Made by a program: the position numbers and the translations under genes. The notes below the pieces were generated by a model. That model was not told where the DNA came from and searched no databases. It was given only the letters and a program-made list of their open reading frames with translations. From Armatimonadota bacterium (GTDB lineage Bacteria > Armatimonadota > SYMT01), in NCBI GenBank assembly GCA_041690135.1, contig JAWLHY010000002.1, positions 784,342-848,341 of the forward strand: a DNA stretch of 64,000 bases, written 5' to 3'. Of this stretch, positions 37,462 to 46,404 are shown piece after piece; the stretch's first letter is position 1, and each line of letters starts with the position of its first letter.

Positions 37462-38627
37462 ACCAACTGCTGAAGCACGAGTTGCTGGAGATCCGCGAGC
37501 GTGGAAAGTCCGCGGCCGTCGCGCATGGCACCCTCCAGTTCCATATGGCGCTGATGTGGAACTATGAGGACTACCGGAAGTCGCTGGGCGATTCAGACGC
37601 TCACATCGACCAACTGCGGACTGCGCAGTCCCGTGTGTACCCGGACTGGACCGCCGAGCAGGTCGAAGTCTCGCTGGCGATCGGCAACCTCCGGGGCGCC
37701 GCCAACCAGGAGCTCGGCATCGATCGCCGGATCTTGCGCGACGACCCCGCGGAACTGGCGGTCGCCGTGGCTCTGGGCGCGCGGGTCGAATGGCTCAACC
37801 GGCGATTGGACGAGCAGTCGGGGTTGGGCAGCCCTGAGGACGACGCATTCGTGCTGCTGCTGGCATTGCCCGTGCGCGACGATGCCCTCATCAACCGCGT
37901 GCTCGCGTTGCCCAACCTGGAGCCGGACCCGGAGCGACGGTTTGTGTACGAGGGCGTCGCCGCGGCCTACCGGCGGGATCTCGTGGCACTCGAAGCTCTC
38001 GTCACGAAATTTGGCAAGCGGAAAGTCGATCGCTCAATCCAGGGCATGCGCACCTGCCTGACGGGGATCGCGCGGCGGGAGCCCACGCTGGTCTCCCAGG
38101 GTCTTCACGAGCTGCTGGAAGAAGAGAACCGCCTGCGGAAGCGGAAGGAGGGGCGTGTCATCAGCCTGGAAGCCCACCAGTTCTACCGCCTCTGCGAGTG
38201 GGTCTTGCCCGAGTTGGTGGGCGGTTTCGACGTAACGCAGGGCCTACCGTGGGATGCCGGCTTTCACGCCTGGACGGAGGCGCATCCGAATGCGCTCGCA
38301 GGCTGGGACCTCCGCGAAATCTCCCCCATGCTGCACGCTCTCCTGATCGACCTCTGTTTACCGGAAGGGTGGCGGGAGATCGCGGAGCCGGAATTGCCGC
38401 AGGACATCTGTCGCCTCGTGCTCGAAAGCGTGGGGCCAAACCCGCGAAAGGTTCGCGAGATGGTGGACGCCTGGTGTCGCCTGCGCCGGTGGGAGCCCGT
38501 GGACCTCGATGCCAGTCCCCTCGTGATCTCATCCGACGTTCCCCGGATGAACGCGTTCATGATGCGGCAGTCGCTGTTGGAAGCGGGAGCCTCGGCACGG
38601 TTCGAGAGGGTTCGGGATGGACAATAG
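37455..38627 (+). CDS. Imm49-like helical protein with C-terminal L7/L12 C-terminal-like domain
   Basis: ATG overlaps upstream gene end; C-terminus RLVLESVGPNPRKV...PLVISSDV....LLEAGASARFE. Confidence 0.55.
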   Translation: MLNQLLKHELLEIRERGKSAAVAHGTLQFHMALMWNYEDYRKSLGDSDAHIDQLRTAQSRVYPDWTAEQVEVSLAIGNLRGAANQELGIDRRILRDDPAELAVAVALGARVEWLNRRLDEQSGLGSPEDDAFVLLLALPVRDDALINRVLALPNLEPDPERRFVYEGVAAAYRRDLVALEALVTKFGKRKVDRSIQGMRTCLTGIARREPTLVSQGLHELLEEENRLRKRKEGRVISLEAHQFYRLCEWVLPELVGGFDVTQGLPWDAGFHAWTEAHPNALAGWDLREISPMLHALLIDLCLPEGWREIAEPELPQDICRLVLESVGPNPRKVREMVDAWCRLRRWEPVDLDASPLVISSDVPRMNAFMMRQSLLEAGASARFERVRDGQ

Positions 38628-39081
38628 TCGAACGTGCGTCTTCTGTGAGATCGTGGCCGGAAGGGAGCCGGCCAGCGTGATTTACCAGGACGACCGGGTC
38701 CTGGCCATGATGGGCATCCGCCCCATTCATCCCGGTGAGTGCATGGTGATTCCGAAACAGCACATCGACCACTTCACCGACATCGACGATGAGCTTTCCC
38801 AGCATCTCATCGTTGTTGCCCAGCGAATTGCGCGGCGGATGCGGGAAGTCTTCCAGCCCCAGCGCGTAGGAATGGTCGTCCACGGCTTTGGCGTGCCGCA
38901 TGCCCACCTCTTGCTCATACCCCAGCATCGCCCGGACGACATCACCTCGGGACGGTTTGCCTACCTGGCGGAAGATGGAAGCATCGCCTTCGGCGTCCGG
39001 CACTTACCGCTGGCGGAGCGCTCGTTGCTCGATGAGCACGCCCGCTTACTGGCTATTCCTACCGACCTTCGGACGAGTTGA
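38617..39081 (+). CDS. HIT family hydrolase
   Basis: CVFCEIVAG, VIPKQH, VPHAHLLLIP (third His replaced by Leu). Confidence 0.85.
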   Translation: MDNSRTCVFCEIVAGREPASVIYQDDRVLAMMGIRPIHPGECMVIPKQHIDHFTDIDDELSQHLIVVAQRIARRMREVFQPQRVGMVVHGFGVPHAHLLLIPQHRPDDITSGRFAYLAEDGSIAFGVRHLPLAERSLLDEHARLLAIPTDLRTS

Positions 39082-40055
39082 TGGCAGCCATGACCACCTC
39101 CGAAGGAAGACGGTTCCGCGGGCGCCTCGCCCCCAGCCCGACCGGCTACCTGCACCTGGGCAACGCGCGCTCCTTTCTCCTGGCGTGGCTGCAGGCGCGC
39201 GCCGCCGGGGGCGAGATACTCCTCCGCATTGAGGATCTCGACCAGGCCCGGGCCGCACCGGGCGCGGTGGAGGGGATCGTCCGGGATCTGGAGTGGCTGG
39301 GTCTCGATTGGGACAACCCGCTGACCCCGGACTACTTCCAGTCGAACCGGATGGAGAGCTACCGCCGGGCCATCGCGGATCTCCGGAGCCGTGGCCTCGT
39401 ATACGAGTGCTTCTGTTCCCGGCGGGAGCTGCGAGAGGTCGCCAGTGCGCCGCATGGTCCCACGGGCCCGCAGTACCCCGGCACCTGCCGGGGCCTGACC
39501 CCGGAGGAATGCGCCCACCGGCGGCAGGCGAAGGAGCCGGCACTCCGCTTCCGGGTGAAGCCGGGGACGGTGGTCGAATTCCGGGATCTGGTGGCGGGGG
39601 AGCAGCGCGAGGTGGTGGACGAGTCGGCCGGGGACTTCATCATCGCGCGGGCCGACGGCGTTCCCAGCTACCAGCTTGCGGTGGTGCTGGACGACCTGGC
39701 CATGGGAATCACGCACGTCCTGCGTGGGGACGACCTCCTCGACTCCGCCGCCCGGCAGATCCTGCTGTTCCGCACCCTGGAAGGTGAGCCTCCCACCTAC
39801 GCCCACGTGCCGCTCATCCTGGGCCCGGACGGCGTGCGGCTGGCCAAGCGCCACGGCTCGGTCTCCCTGGCGGAGTTGCGGGCTGCCGGTCATAGTGCGT
39901 CCGCGGTGGCCGGTTGGCTCGCCTGGAGTTGCGGCCTCATTCCCGAGGTGAGTCCACTGCGGCCGCTGGATCTCGTGGCGGAGTTCTCCCTCGACCGGCT
40001 CTCCCACGAGCTGACTCGTCTCGCCTCCCTTCAAATACTCGGCGATGTCCTATGA
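39081..40055 (+). CDS. gluQ: tRNA glutamyl-Q(34) synthetase
   Basis: RLAPSPTGYLHLGN, LRIEDLD, CFCSR, YQLAVVLDD, RLAKR; lacks anticodon-binding domain. Confidence 0.9.
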   Translation: MAAMTTSEGRRFRGRLAPSPTGYLHLGNARSFLLAWLQARAAGGEILLRIEDLDQARAAPGAVEGIVRDLEWLGLDWDNPLTPDYFQSNRMESYRRAIADLRSRGLVYECFCSRRELREVASAPHGPTGPQYPGTCRGLTPEECAHRRQAKEPALRFRVKPGTVVEFRDLVAGEQREVVDESAGDFIIARADGVPSYQLAVVLDDLAMGITHVLRGDDLLDSAARQILLFRTLEGEPPTYAHVPLILGPDGVRLAKRHGSVSLAELRAAGHSASAVAGWLAWSCGLIPEVSPLRPLDLVAEFSLDRLSHELTRLASLQILGDVL

Positions 40056-40603
40056 ACGCTACTGTCCTCTGGCGGCGCCTGGATACCCCCGGCCATGACG
40101 CCTGTCGCCTGGTCCAAACGGCGGACGGCTGCCAACTGGCGAGCACGGCCGTTTTTCGGCACGACGGAGTTTCCGCGCACCTGGCTTACTCGGTGGAGTG
40201 CGGTTCGGACTGGCTGGCGCGGCGGGGTCGTGTGGTCGGCTGGCTCGGTGCTCGCCCTGTGGAGTACGACATCGCTCGAACGCCGGGCGGAGCGTGGAGC
40301 CTGAATGGGGTGGCGGTAGCGAGTGCCGGCTGCAGTCCGGATCTTGACTTCGGGTTCACGCCGGCCACCAATCTGCTGCCGCTGCGACGGATGGCATTGG
40401 CGGTCGGGCAGGCGGAGGACGCTCCAGCCGTCTGGCTGAATGTTGAGGCGGGTGTCGTCGAGCTTCTGCCGCAGCGGTACGAGCGGCGGTCCGACTCAAC
40501 CTACTGGTACGAGGCCCCCAGTGTCGGCTACGCGGCTCTGCTGGAAGTGCGGCCCGATGGCTTCGTCAGTCGCTATCCGGGTCTTTGGGAGGCTGACGCC
40601 TGA
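40052..40603 (+). CDS. Putative glycolipid-binding domain protein (DUF1089)
   Basis: WRRLDTPGHD.C, DLDFGFTPATNLLPLRR, L.Q.Y, GFV..YPGLW. Confidence 0.85.
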   Translation: MNATVLWRRLDTPGHDACRLVQTADGCQLASTAVFRHDGVSAHLAYSVECGSDWLARRGRVVGWLGARPVEYDIARTPGGAWSLNGVAVASAGCSPDLDFGFTPATNLLPLRRMALAVGQAEDAPAVWLNVEAGVVELLPQRYERRSDSTYWYEAPSVGYAALLEVRPDGFVSRYPGLWEADA

Positions 40604-40670
40604 CCTTATCCCGGAAATCGGGAGGCCGCGGATCGGTTCGCGACCTTGGCTACTGGAGTGAAGTGACGAA

Positions 40671-41507
40671 ATGGCGATGAACTGGACACGCAGAGAGGCT
40701 CTTCTTGCTGGTCTCGCAGGGCTGGGAATGGTCACGGCGGACGCGATCCCCTCGGAGGGGCAGCAGCGCCGGGAAGTGAAGTGGAACAACCCGGACGGCC
40801 CGAAGATTTCGGGCGTCGAACACGGCAGCTTCCGCAGCCCCTCCATGGAGGTGGAAGTCGGCTACAACGTCTACCTGCCTCCCGGCTATGCGGGGGGAAA
40901 CACCCGGTATCCCGTCGTTTACTTCCTCCACGGGGCGGGCGGCAACGAGAACTCGGACGCGGGTGCGTTTTCCGGGCTGGTCGGCAAGCTCATCGCGCAA
41001 AAGCAGATCCCCCCGGTGATCTGCGTCTTTCCGAACGGCGGCATGAGCGGCTACCTGGACCGCCCCGACCGGAAGGTGATGGGGGAGACGCTCATCATCA
41101 AGGAGCTTCTCCCGTTGATCGACCGGACCTACCGCACGCAGCCGGAAGCCCGCGGCCGCCGCATCGGCGGGTTCTCCATGGGCGGGGGCGGCGCGATCCG
41201 CCTGGCGCTGAAGTACCCGGAGTTCTTCTCCGCCGCCGGGTCCTGGGCGGGCGCCTTCGGGCTGCGAGGCCTCCCGGCGCTTCCCACCGAGCCGGAAACG
41301 CTCCGGAAAGTCGCCGGCAGGGTGCGCATGCTGTTGGTCGTGGGGGACCAGGACTTTACGCGCCAGGGCCAGCCGGAGCTCGTCCGCAGCCTGGAAGAGG
41401 CGAAGGTCCAGGTACAGTTTCGTCTCCTCGAAGGCGTGGGCCACAACCTCGGCCTCTACCACCAGCGCACCGGTGACGAGATGGTCCGCTTCCTCGCGGC
41501 GGAATAG
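40671..41507 (+). CDS. Secreted alpha/beta-hydrolase esterase (CE1-like)
   Basis: Tat-like TRREALL, YLPPGY, YPVVYFLHG, GFSMGG nucleophile, GH. Confidence 0.88.
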   Translation: MAMNWTRREALLAGLAGLGMVTADAIPSEGQQRREVKWNNPDGPKISGVEHGSFRSPSMEVEVGYNVYLPPGYAGGNTRYPVVYFLHGAGGNENSDAGAFSGLVGKLIAQKQIPPVICVFPNGGMSGYLDRPDRKVMGETLIIKELLPLIDRTYRTQPEARGRRIGGFSMGGGGAIRLALKYPEFFSAAGSWAGAFGLRGLPALPTEPETLRKVAGRVRMLLVVGDQDFTRQGQPELVRSLEEAKVQVQFRLLEGVGHNLGLYHQRTGDEMVRFLAAE

Positions 41508-41844
41508 CGATCGGGAAGTAAGGGGCTGGGGGAAGTATCTGAACAGCTTTCGATCACTCACCACGAGCCTGCATCTCCGTGCAGGTCAGCGTAACTTGCC
41601 GGAGTGACGGCGCCGGGTACCCGCACGCGGGTGTCGGCCTCCCTCTGGGAAACCGTACCTGCTCAGTTTCTCGCCCCAACCCCTTAGCTGCCTTTCATGG
41701 TGTGGTTGTAGGAGGGTTGCCGCACGCTGCCAACGAGATTTTGGGCCGCGGCCATTCTGCATCAGCACGGTCGCCAGAGTAGCCTATCCTGAAGGAGTAT
41801 TCGTCTGTTATGCTTTATGGCACTGTGGGAGTGGAGGTTGGAGC

Positions 41845-42048
41845 ATGTCACTGGCGGAGTTGATGCCGATAGTGCAGTCCCTTTCGCGTGGCGAGAAGTA
41901 CCGGTTGGTGCAGGAGTTGCTGGCAGAGTTGGCGCAGGAGGAGGGTCTTGCCGCAGGAGAATACGCGGTGTGGTCTCCCTACGAAGCACACGAGGCTGCC
42001 GCCACGCTGCTGCAGTTGTTGGAACAGGATAAGGCGGAAGCCGCATGA
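41845..42048 (+). CDS. Small antitoxin-like protein
   Basis: MSLAEL...VQSLSRGEK.RL.Q.L..ELA..E...VWSPY.A..AA..L; GGAG RBS; overlaps next gene. Confidence 0.7.
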   Translation: MSLAELMPIVQSLSRGEKYRLVQELLAELAQEEGLAAGEYAVWSPYEAHEAAATLLQLLEQDKAEAA

Positions 42049-42418
42049 ACGGTTCTCACCGTTTCCCCTTCGTGGACGCGGAACCGACGCAACCGGGCGC
42101 CAGTCTCTTGCCACTGCTGCCGCTGACTCTTGGATACAGGAGCAACGGTAAACGTGCTGCCCTATTCTATCGGTGTGCAGTTGGGGTTGGTGTGGACGCA
42201 ACAGCGGACCGCGGTGGTGCTGTCGGGAAATCTAGCACTTGTGCCCGCACGGGGGATTGTGCTGACAGGGGTAGTGGGCGACTTTGCGCCCGTGCGCCTC
42301 GCCTTCGCCTGGACCCAGACCGACAACGTTAGGCTGCTTCTCGGCCAGGCTAACTTTTTATGGAGTTCGACGTCTGCTTCTATCGTTCTCGGCAGATTTT
42401 CGAGGTGCGGGCCAAGTA
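42045..42418 (+). pseudogene. Retropepsin-like aspartyl protease, disrupted
   Basis: Frame 1 MNGSHRFPF...LPLTL, frame shift to LDTGATVNVLPYSIG...LLLGQANF, second shift at T5 run (42355-42359) to MEFDVCFYRSRQIFEV. Confidence 0.75.
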
Positions 42419-42425
42419 ACGGCAG

Positions 42426-42893
42426 GTGAGCTGGATGCCCCACTACTGCTGGTGCTGCGGCGTTTCGCGCCGCAACGAGGCCTTTTCCGGCCGCGGCCAT
42501 CGCGATCACGTCTGCCGGAAATGCCAGAGCCTTCCCTCCGAGGAACGGGCGCGGCGGCGAGCCCTGTGTGACATGGAGCGAATGCTCCACCAGTCGCGGA
42601 TCTCCGAAAAGAACGTAGCTTACCTGCGCGGGCTCGCCGCTTCCCCTTCTCCGGATGTTGCCGAGTGGGCAGCCGTGTTGCTGGAGATCGCCCGCATCCA
42701 TCCCTATCGCCGTCGCCGGTACGCGGCGCTTCGGCGCCATCGCAGGCTGTGGGCGCGCATGGCACGCCTCGGGATCGTGGCGGACTACGGCTCGGGAGAA
42801 CCGGAGCCACACGAAGCCGGGATAGACGAAGTCGAGCCAGACGAAGTCATAGTGGACGAAGTCATGATTGACGAATGCTATTGGGACGACTAA
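42426..42893 (+). CDS. Hypothetical protein with N-terminal Zn-finger and acidic tail
   Basis: HYCWCCG..R.NE.FSG.GH..HVC.KC. Confidence 0.7.
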   Translation: MSWMPHYCWCCGVSRRNEAFSGRGHRDHVCRKCQSLPSEERARRRALCDMERMLHQSRISEKNVAYLRGLAASPSPDVAEWAAVLLEIARIHPYRRRRYAALRRHRRLWARMARLGIVADYGSGEPEPHEAGIDEVEPDEVIVDEVMIDECYWDD

Positions 42894-43010
42894 AGGAATC
42901 GTCAATGAATAACCGCTAAATCGTTCCCAGCCGACGGAGGTCGGCTTCGCCGTGTGTAGCCGCGAGTTCACTCGCCCAACTGAAGCGGTTATTGTTTGGC
43001 AGTCCCTTAG
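42890..43010. repeat. REP/MITE-like element, copy 3 (best preserved)
   Basis: ~27-bp imperfect terminal inverted repeats (CTAAAGGAATCGTCAATGAATAACCGCT / AGCGGTTATTGTTTGGCAGTCCCTTAG) around GTAG hairpin core. Confidence 0.8.
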
Positions 43011-43049
43011 TAGATTCACTATCAACAGCCGGAAGGCCGCGTCGCCCGG

Positions 43050-43502
43050 TCAGCGGCTGAGGGACGTGCTGCCGTCTCGGGCCACGTACAGGGTCTTCGC
43101 TCCCGCATGGAGTGGGTAGGCGGCATCCGCGAACTTCACCTTGCCGCCGTTATCGATGATCTGGAATTCCTGACCGTTGAGTGAGAGGTTGGCCACTCCC
43201 TCGGAGTAACGGTTGGAAAGGCGGATGTCGTCGAAAGCCGCGGGCGTGTCGCCCTCGGGGGGAGCGGCTTTCCGGCCCCGGACCTGCATAAGACAACTGC
43301 CCAGGACCGGCGCGTCCGGTCCCTGGCTCAGGAGACCCTCGAACACCATGGTGACGCCGCCGACCCGCAGGACCGGACGGCCCCCCCTGCGCCCGACGGC
43401 GACCTCCGCCGAGTCTCGCTTCGACGGACCGCGAGCCCCGCCGCAGCCGCTGCTGAAGGACACCAGCACAAGCAGAACACAGGCTGTCAGGATAACACGC
43501 AT
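43050..43502 (-). CDS. Putative lipoprotein
   Basis: Hydrophobic signal ending SSGC (lipobox-like). Confidence 0.65.
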   Translation of the reverse strand: MRVILTACVLLVLVSFSSGCGGARGPSKRDSAEVAVGRRGGRPVLRVGGVTMVFEGLLSQGPDAPVLGSCLMQVRGRKAAPPEGDTPAAFDDIRLSNRYSEGVANLSLNGQEFQIIDNGGKVKFADAAYPLHAGAKTLYVARDGSTSLSR

Positions 43503-43700
43503 CACACACCTCGCCGGCAGCTACGCGGCTGCCTCGCGACGCCGGTCAATAAATGGGCTCTAGTGGAGATGAATAGGATTGCGTGTAAATGCCTGTTCTC
43601 TGTCTGGTAGGTTCCTGTCCTTCCCACCGGAATCGGGAAGGAACGGGAACGTTAAGGGATGCCTGGAGGAATGTCGGCGGCGCGTGTCGGACTGGCGCCT

Positions 43701-44150
43701 GTGAAAACCTACCGACGCGTTCTGTTTATCTGTACCGGCAATTACTACCGCAGCCGCTTCGCGGAGGCGGTGTTCAACCATCACGCGGAAACCACTGCCT
43801 GCGGCTGGCGGGCCCTCTCCCGCGGGCTGGCAACCCACATGGCGGAAGGCGACCTCTCGCCCTACTCCGCCCAGGCCCTGGAAGAGCGGGGAATCGAGCT
43901 GCGGCACACGGGGCCGACCCGCGTCTCCCTCTGCGAGGACGACCTCCACGCCGCCGACCTAATCGTTGCGCTCGACGAGACGGAACACCGCCCGATGGTG
44001 ACCACGCGCTTTCCGCACTGGGAAGACCGCTTCCGCTTCTGGGCCGTGGCCGATGCCCCCCTCACGGCCCCGGAAGACGCCCTCCCCGCCATCGAACGCC
44101 TGGTCCTCGAACTCTTGCAGGAGTTGGAACGGGAAGGGCCTCTTGAATGA
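43701..44150 (+). CDS. Low-molecular-weight protein-tyrosine-phosphatase family
   Basis: VLFICTGNYYRSRFAEA (CX5R), SRGL, ADLIVALD..EH; start uncertain. Confidence 0.85.
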   Translation: MKTYRRVLFICTGNYYRSRFAEAVFNHHAETTACGWRALSRGLATHMAEGDLSPYSAQALEERGIELRHTGPTRVSLCEDDLHAADLIVALDETEHRPMVTTRFPHWEDRFRFWAVADAPLTAPEDALPAIERLVLELLQELEREGPLE

Positions 44151-44181
44151 TCGCTCTACCCCGGCCAAGAACTACAGCGAA

Positions 44182-44874
44182 TCAATAAAAGGGTTCCATA
44201 GGATAATCGGGGAGAGCGGCTACGGCTTCCTTAGCCTCTTGGAGAGAGAAAGCTCCCGACACGTACCGTTCCCACACCTGAAGGTGTAACCGGGCGTGGG
44301 CGGCGTGCTGTTCTCCTCTTCGTCCCGCCGCAAGCTCCTGAAGCCAACCGATATTTGCCTGGGAAGACAAATCCTCCTGCCGCCGCAGGCTCTCGGTGTA
44401 GGGGACACCGAGTATGCCGCACAGCCACTCGGTAGGCATGGGTGCGCACCGGCCCTGGATGGTCAGGAAGACGTAGTCACGATTGATGGGATCGAACACG
44501 GGATCGCGGTCGAAACCCGGATGCCGAATGACCCAGCCCTTACCGCCACAAGGGTTGTGGACCACTCCCGACACATAATCCAGTTTCCGGATCGTGGCGT
44601 TCAGGAACTGCTCCAGGTTGTAGACCTCGGGCGCGGAGATGATCTGCAGGCGCGCTCCGACCTCTTCCAGGTTGGCTCCCAGCGCAGCAACACGGAATGC
44701 TCCGCAGTACACCCCCAGGATGATGGGTATGGGCCGGGCCAGGATCTCCCGCGCGGCCGGGATGGACAGGTCGGGGAGGGCCTTGCGCAGTGCCGCCATC
44801 AGCGCGACCCGGCGCAGCCCGGCATCGACAATCCAGACCTCGTAATCCTGTTCGAGGAACTCCAACCCTACCAT
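44182..44874 (-). CDS. Hypothetical protein with N-terminal L7/L12 C-terminal-like domain
   Basis: YEVWIVDAGLRRVALMAALRK....LSIPAAREIL...P.I......A....LEEVGARLQI. Confidence 0.55.
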   Translation of the reverse strand: MVGLEFLEQDYEVWIVDAGLRRVALMAALRKALPDLSIPAAREILARPIPIILGVYCGAFRVAALGANLEEVGARLQIISAPEVYNLEQFLNATIRKLDYVSGVVHNPCGGKGWVIRHPGFDRDPVFDPINRDYVFLTIQGRCAPMPTEWLCGILGVPYTESLRRQEDLSSQANIGWLQELAAGRRGEQHAAHARLHLQVWERYVSGAFSLQEAKEAVAALPDYPMEPFY

Positions 44875-45195
44875 TTCAATCCGTAGCCGTTCGTCGTAGC
44901 GGGCCTGGCCTCGCGTGCTCGCGACCTGACAGACGGCTCCTGTTCGGTGGTGAACCTCATCTTTGCGGTCGCGTTCCCCAGGACACGCGTACCGGCTCTA
45001 TCGTCGCGAATACGGACAGCGCTAAAGCGCTTAACTACCAGCCGGGGGGGGCATTCGCCCACCCCCGTACCGCCGGCCGCCGGAGTTCGCCACGACCGTC
45101 AATCTCCAGAACGGTCCGGCTGTCCCCTCCTTTGCGTCCTTTGCGCTCTCCGCGACCTTCGCGTTGCAGCGGCCGAGGGTAGTGCGCGGACCACA

Positions 45196-46404
45196 TCACC
45201 CCAACGCGTACCCGAAATCCAGTTCCGGGGTCTCTAACTTCTTCCCCTGGTGGAACCGGGACTGCATCGCCCGGTCGAGAATGCCGGTGGTGAGGAGGGT
45301 GCGCTCGACCGGGTAGGTCGGTTTGCCGGACAGCATCATCTTCTCCACCGCCTGGCAGAGGCGACCGAAGTGCCCAAAGGGGCGGCCGTCCTGCAGCCGG
45401 AAGAGGGTGGCCGCCGGGATCTCCCGGCTCTTCAGCTTCGCGGCGAACAGGAACTCGTCCGCGAGACCGTGGGGCATGATCATCGTGCCTCGCAAGCCGT
45501 CGCGGTACTCCACCAGGAACGCCTCGGGTTTGCGTGTTCGCTCCCGTACCTGCTGTTCCGTCAGGTGGTGGCGCTTCGGATCGTCGGAGCAGTTGAGCGC
45601 CGCTAGCAGGAGTTCCCAGCTCCAGAGGCCCTGGTCCGCCGCTTTCCACACGTCGTCTTCACCCAGGTACCGCACGCTGCGGACGCCGGTCTCGCCGCCC
45701 TTCCGGCGCTCTACCATACATTGGAGCCCCTCCAGCGCGTGGAAGCCGTAGGCCTCCGTGCCGCCGTACCCCACGGACAGGGCTTCGGTAAACTCCGTCC
45801 CGATCTCGAACTGGAGCTCCGGCTTGCGCCACGATACCGGGACGGAAGAGCCCGCCATGAACGGGATCCGGAGCTCCCGCGCGGTGTCGTACATCCATCT
45901 GGCGTCCGCCCAGTTGTAGGAGAGATGCTTGTCGTTGAAGACCGGCACCACCCGCCCGGACTTCCGGAAGACCGCCACCGTTTCCTCGAAGAAGCGGCGC
46001 CGGGGGTACATGAGCTGGTCCAGCTCGTTGTATGGGTAGTGGCCGTGCTCACCGATCAGGAACACGCCGTCTACCGCCAGTTTCTCGCCTCCCAGGGTCA
46101 GCGCTTCGGCGATGGTGGGGAAGATGGGGATGTGGTGCTTGGCGGCCGTTTCCCGCCCGATGTCCTGGGGCGGCACCTGGTCCATATAGAGGGAAGCGAC
46201 CTCGACTGCCGGCTGGTAGTCGAGGTCGAGCGTCTTGCAGCCCTCCAGGAGCTTGGTCACGATGACGTCCGCGTGGGAGTTGACGCGGTATTCCGTAACG
46301 ATGGCGGCAACCTTTGGCTTCATTCTGGCTCCGGATCGCAGGGGAGCGGCGCAGGCGAGCGCCAGGCCGCCTCCCACACGCAGCAAATCGCGCCGGGACG
46401 TCAA
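45196..46404 (-). CDS. Tat-exported Rossmann/oxidoreductase-like conserved hypothetical protein
   Basis: SRRDLL signal; SHADVI, VDGVFLIGEHG.YP, FNDKHL, YGFHALE, YPVERTLLTTG. Confidence 0.75.
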   Translation of the reverse strand: MTSRRDLLRVGGGLALACAAPLRSGARMKPKVAAIVTEYRVNSHADVIVTKLLEGCKTLDLDYQPAVEVASLYMDQVPPQDIGRETAAKHHIPIFPTIAEALTLGGEKLAVDGVFLIGEHGHYPYNELDQLMYPRRRFFEETVAVFRKSGRVVPVFNDKHLSYNWADARWMYDTARELRIPFMAGSSVPVSWRKPELQFEIGTEFTEALSVGYGGTEAYGFHALEGLQCMVERRKGGETGVRSVRYLGEDDVWKAADQGLWSWELLLAALNCSDDPKRHHLTEQQVRERTRKPEAFLVEYRDGLRGTMIMPHGLADEFLFAAKLKSREIPAATLFRLQDGRPFGHFGRLCQAVEKMMLSGKPTYPVERTLLTTGILDRAMQSRFHQGKKLETPELDFGYALG

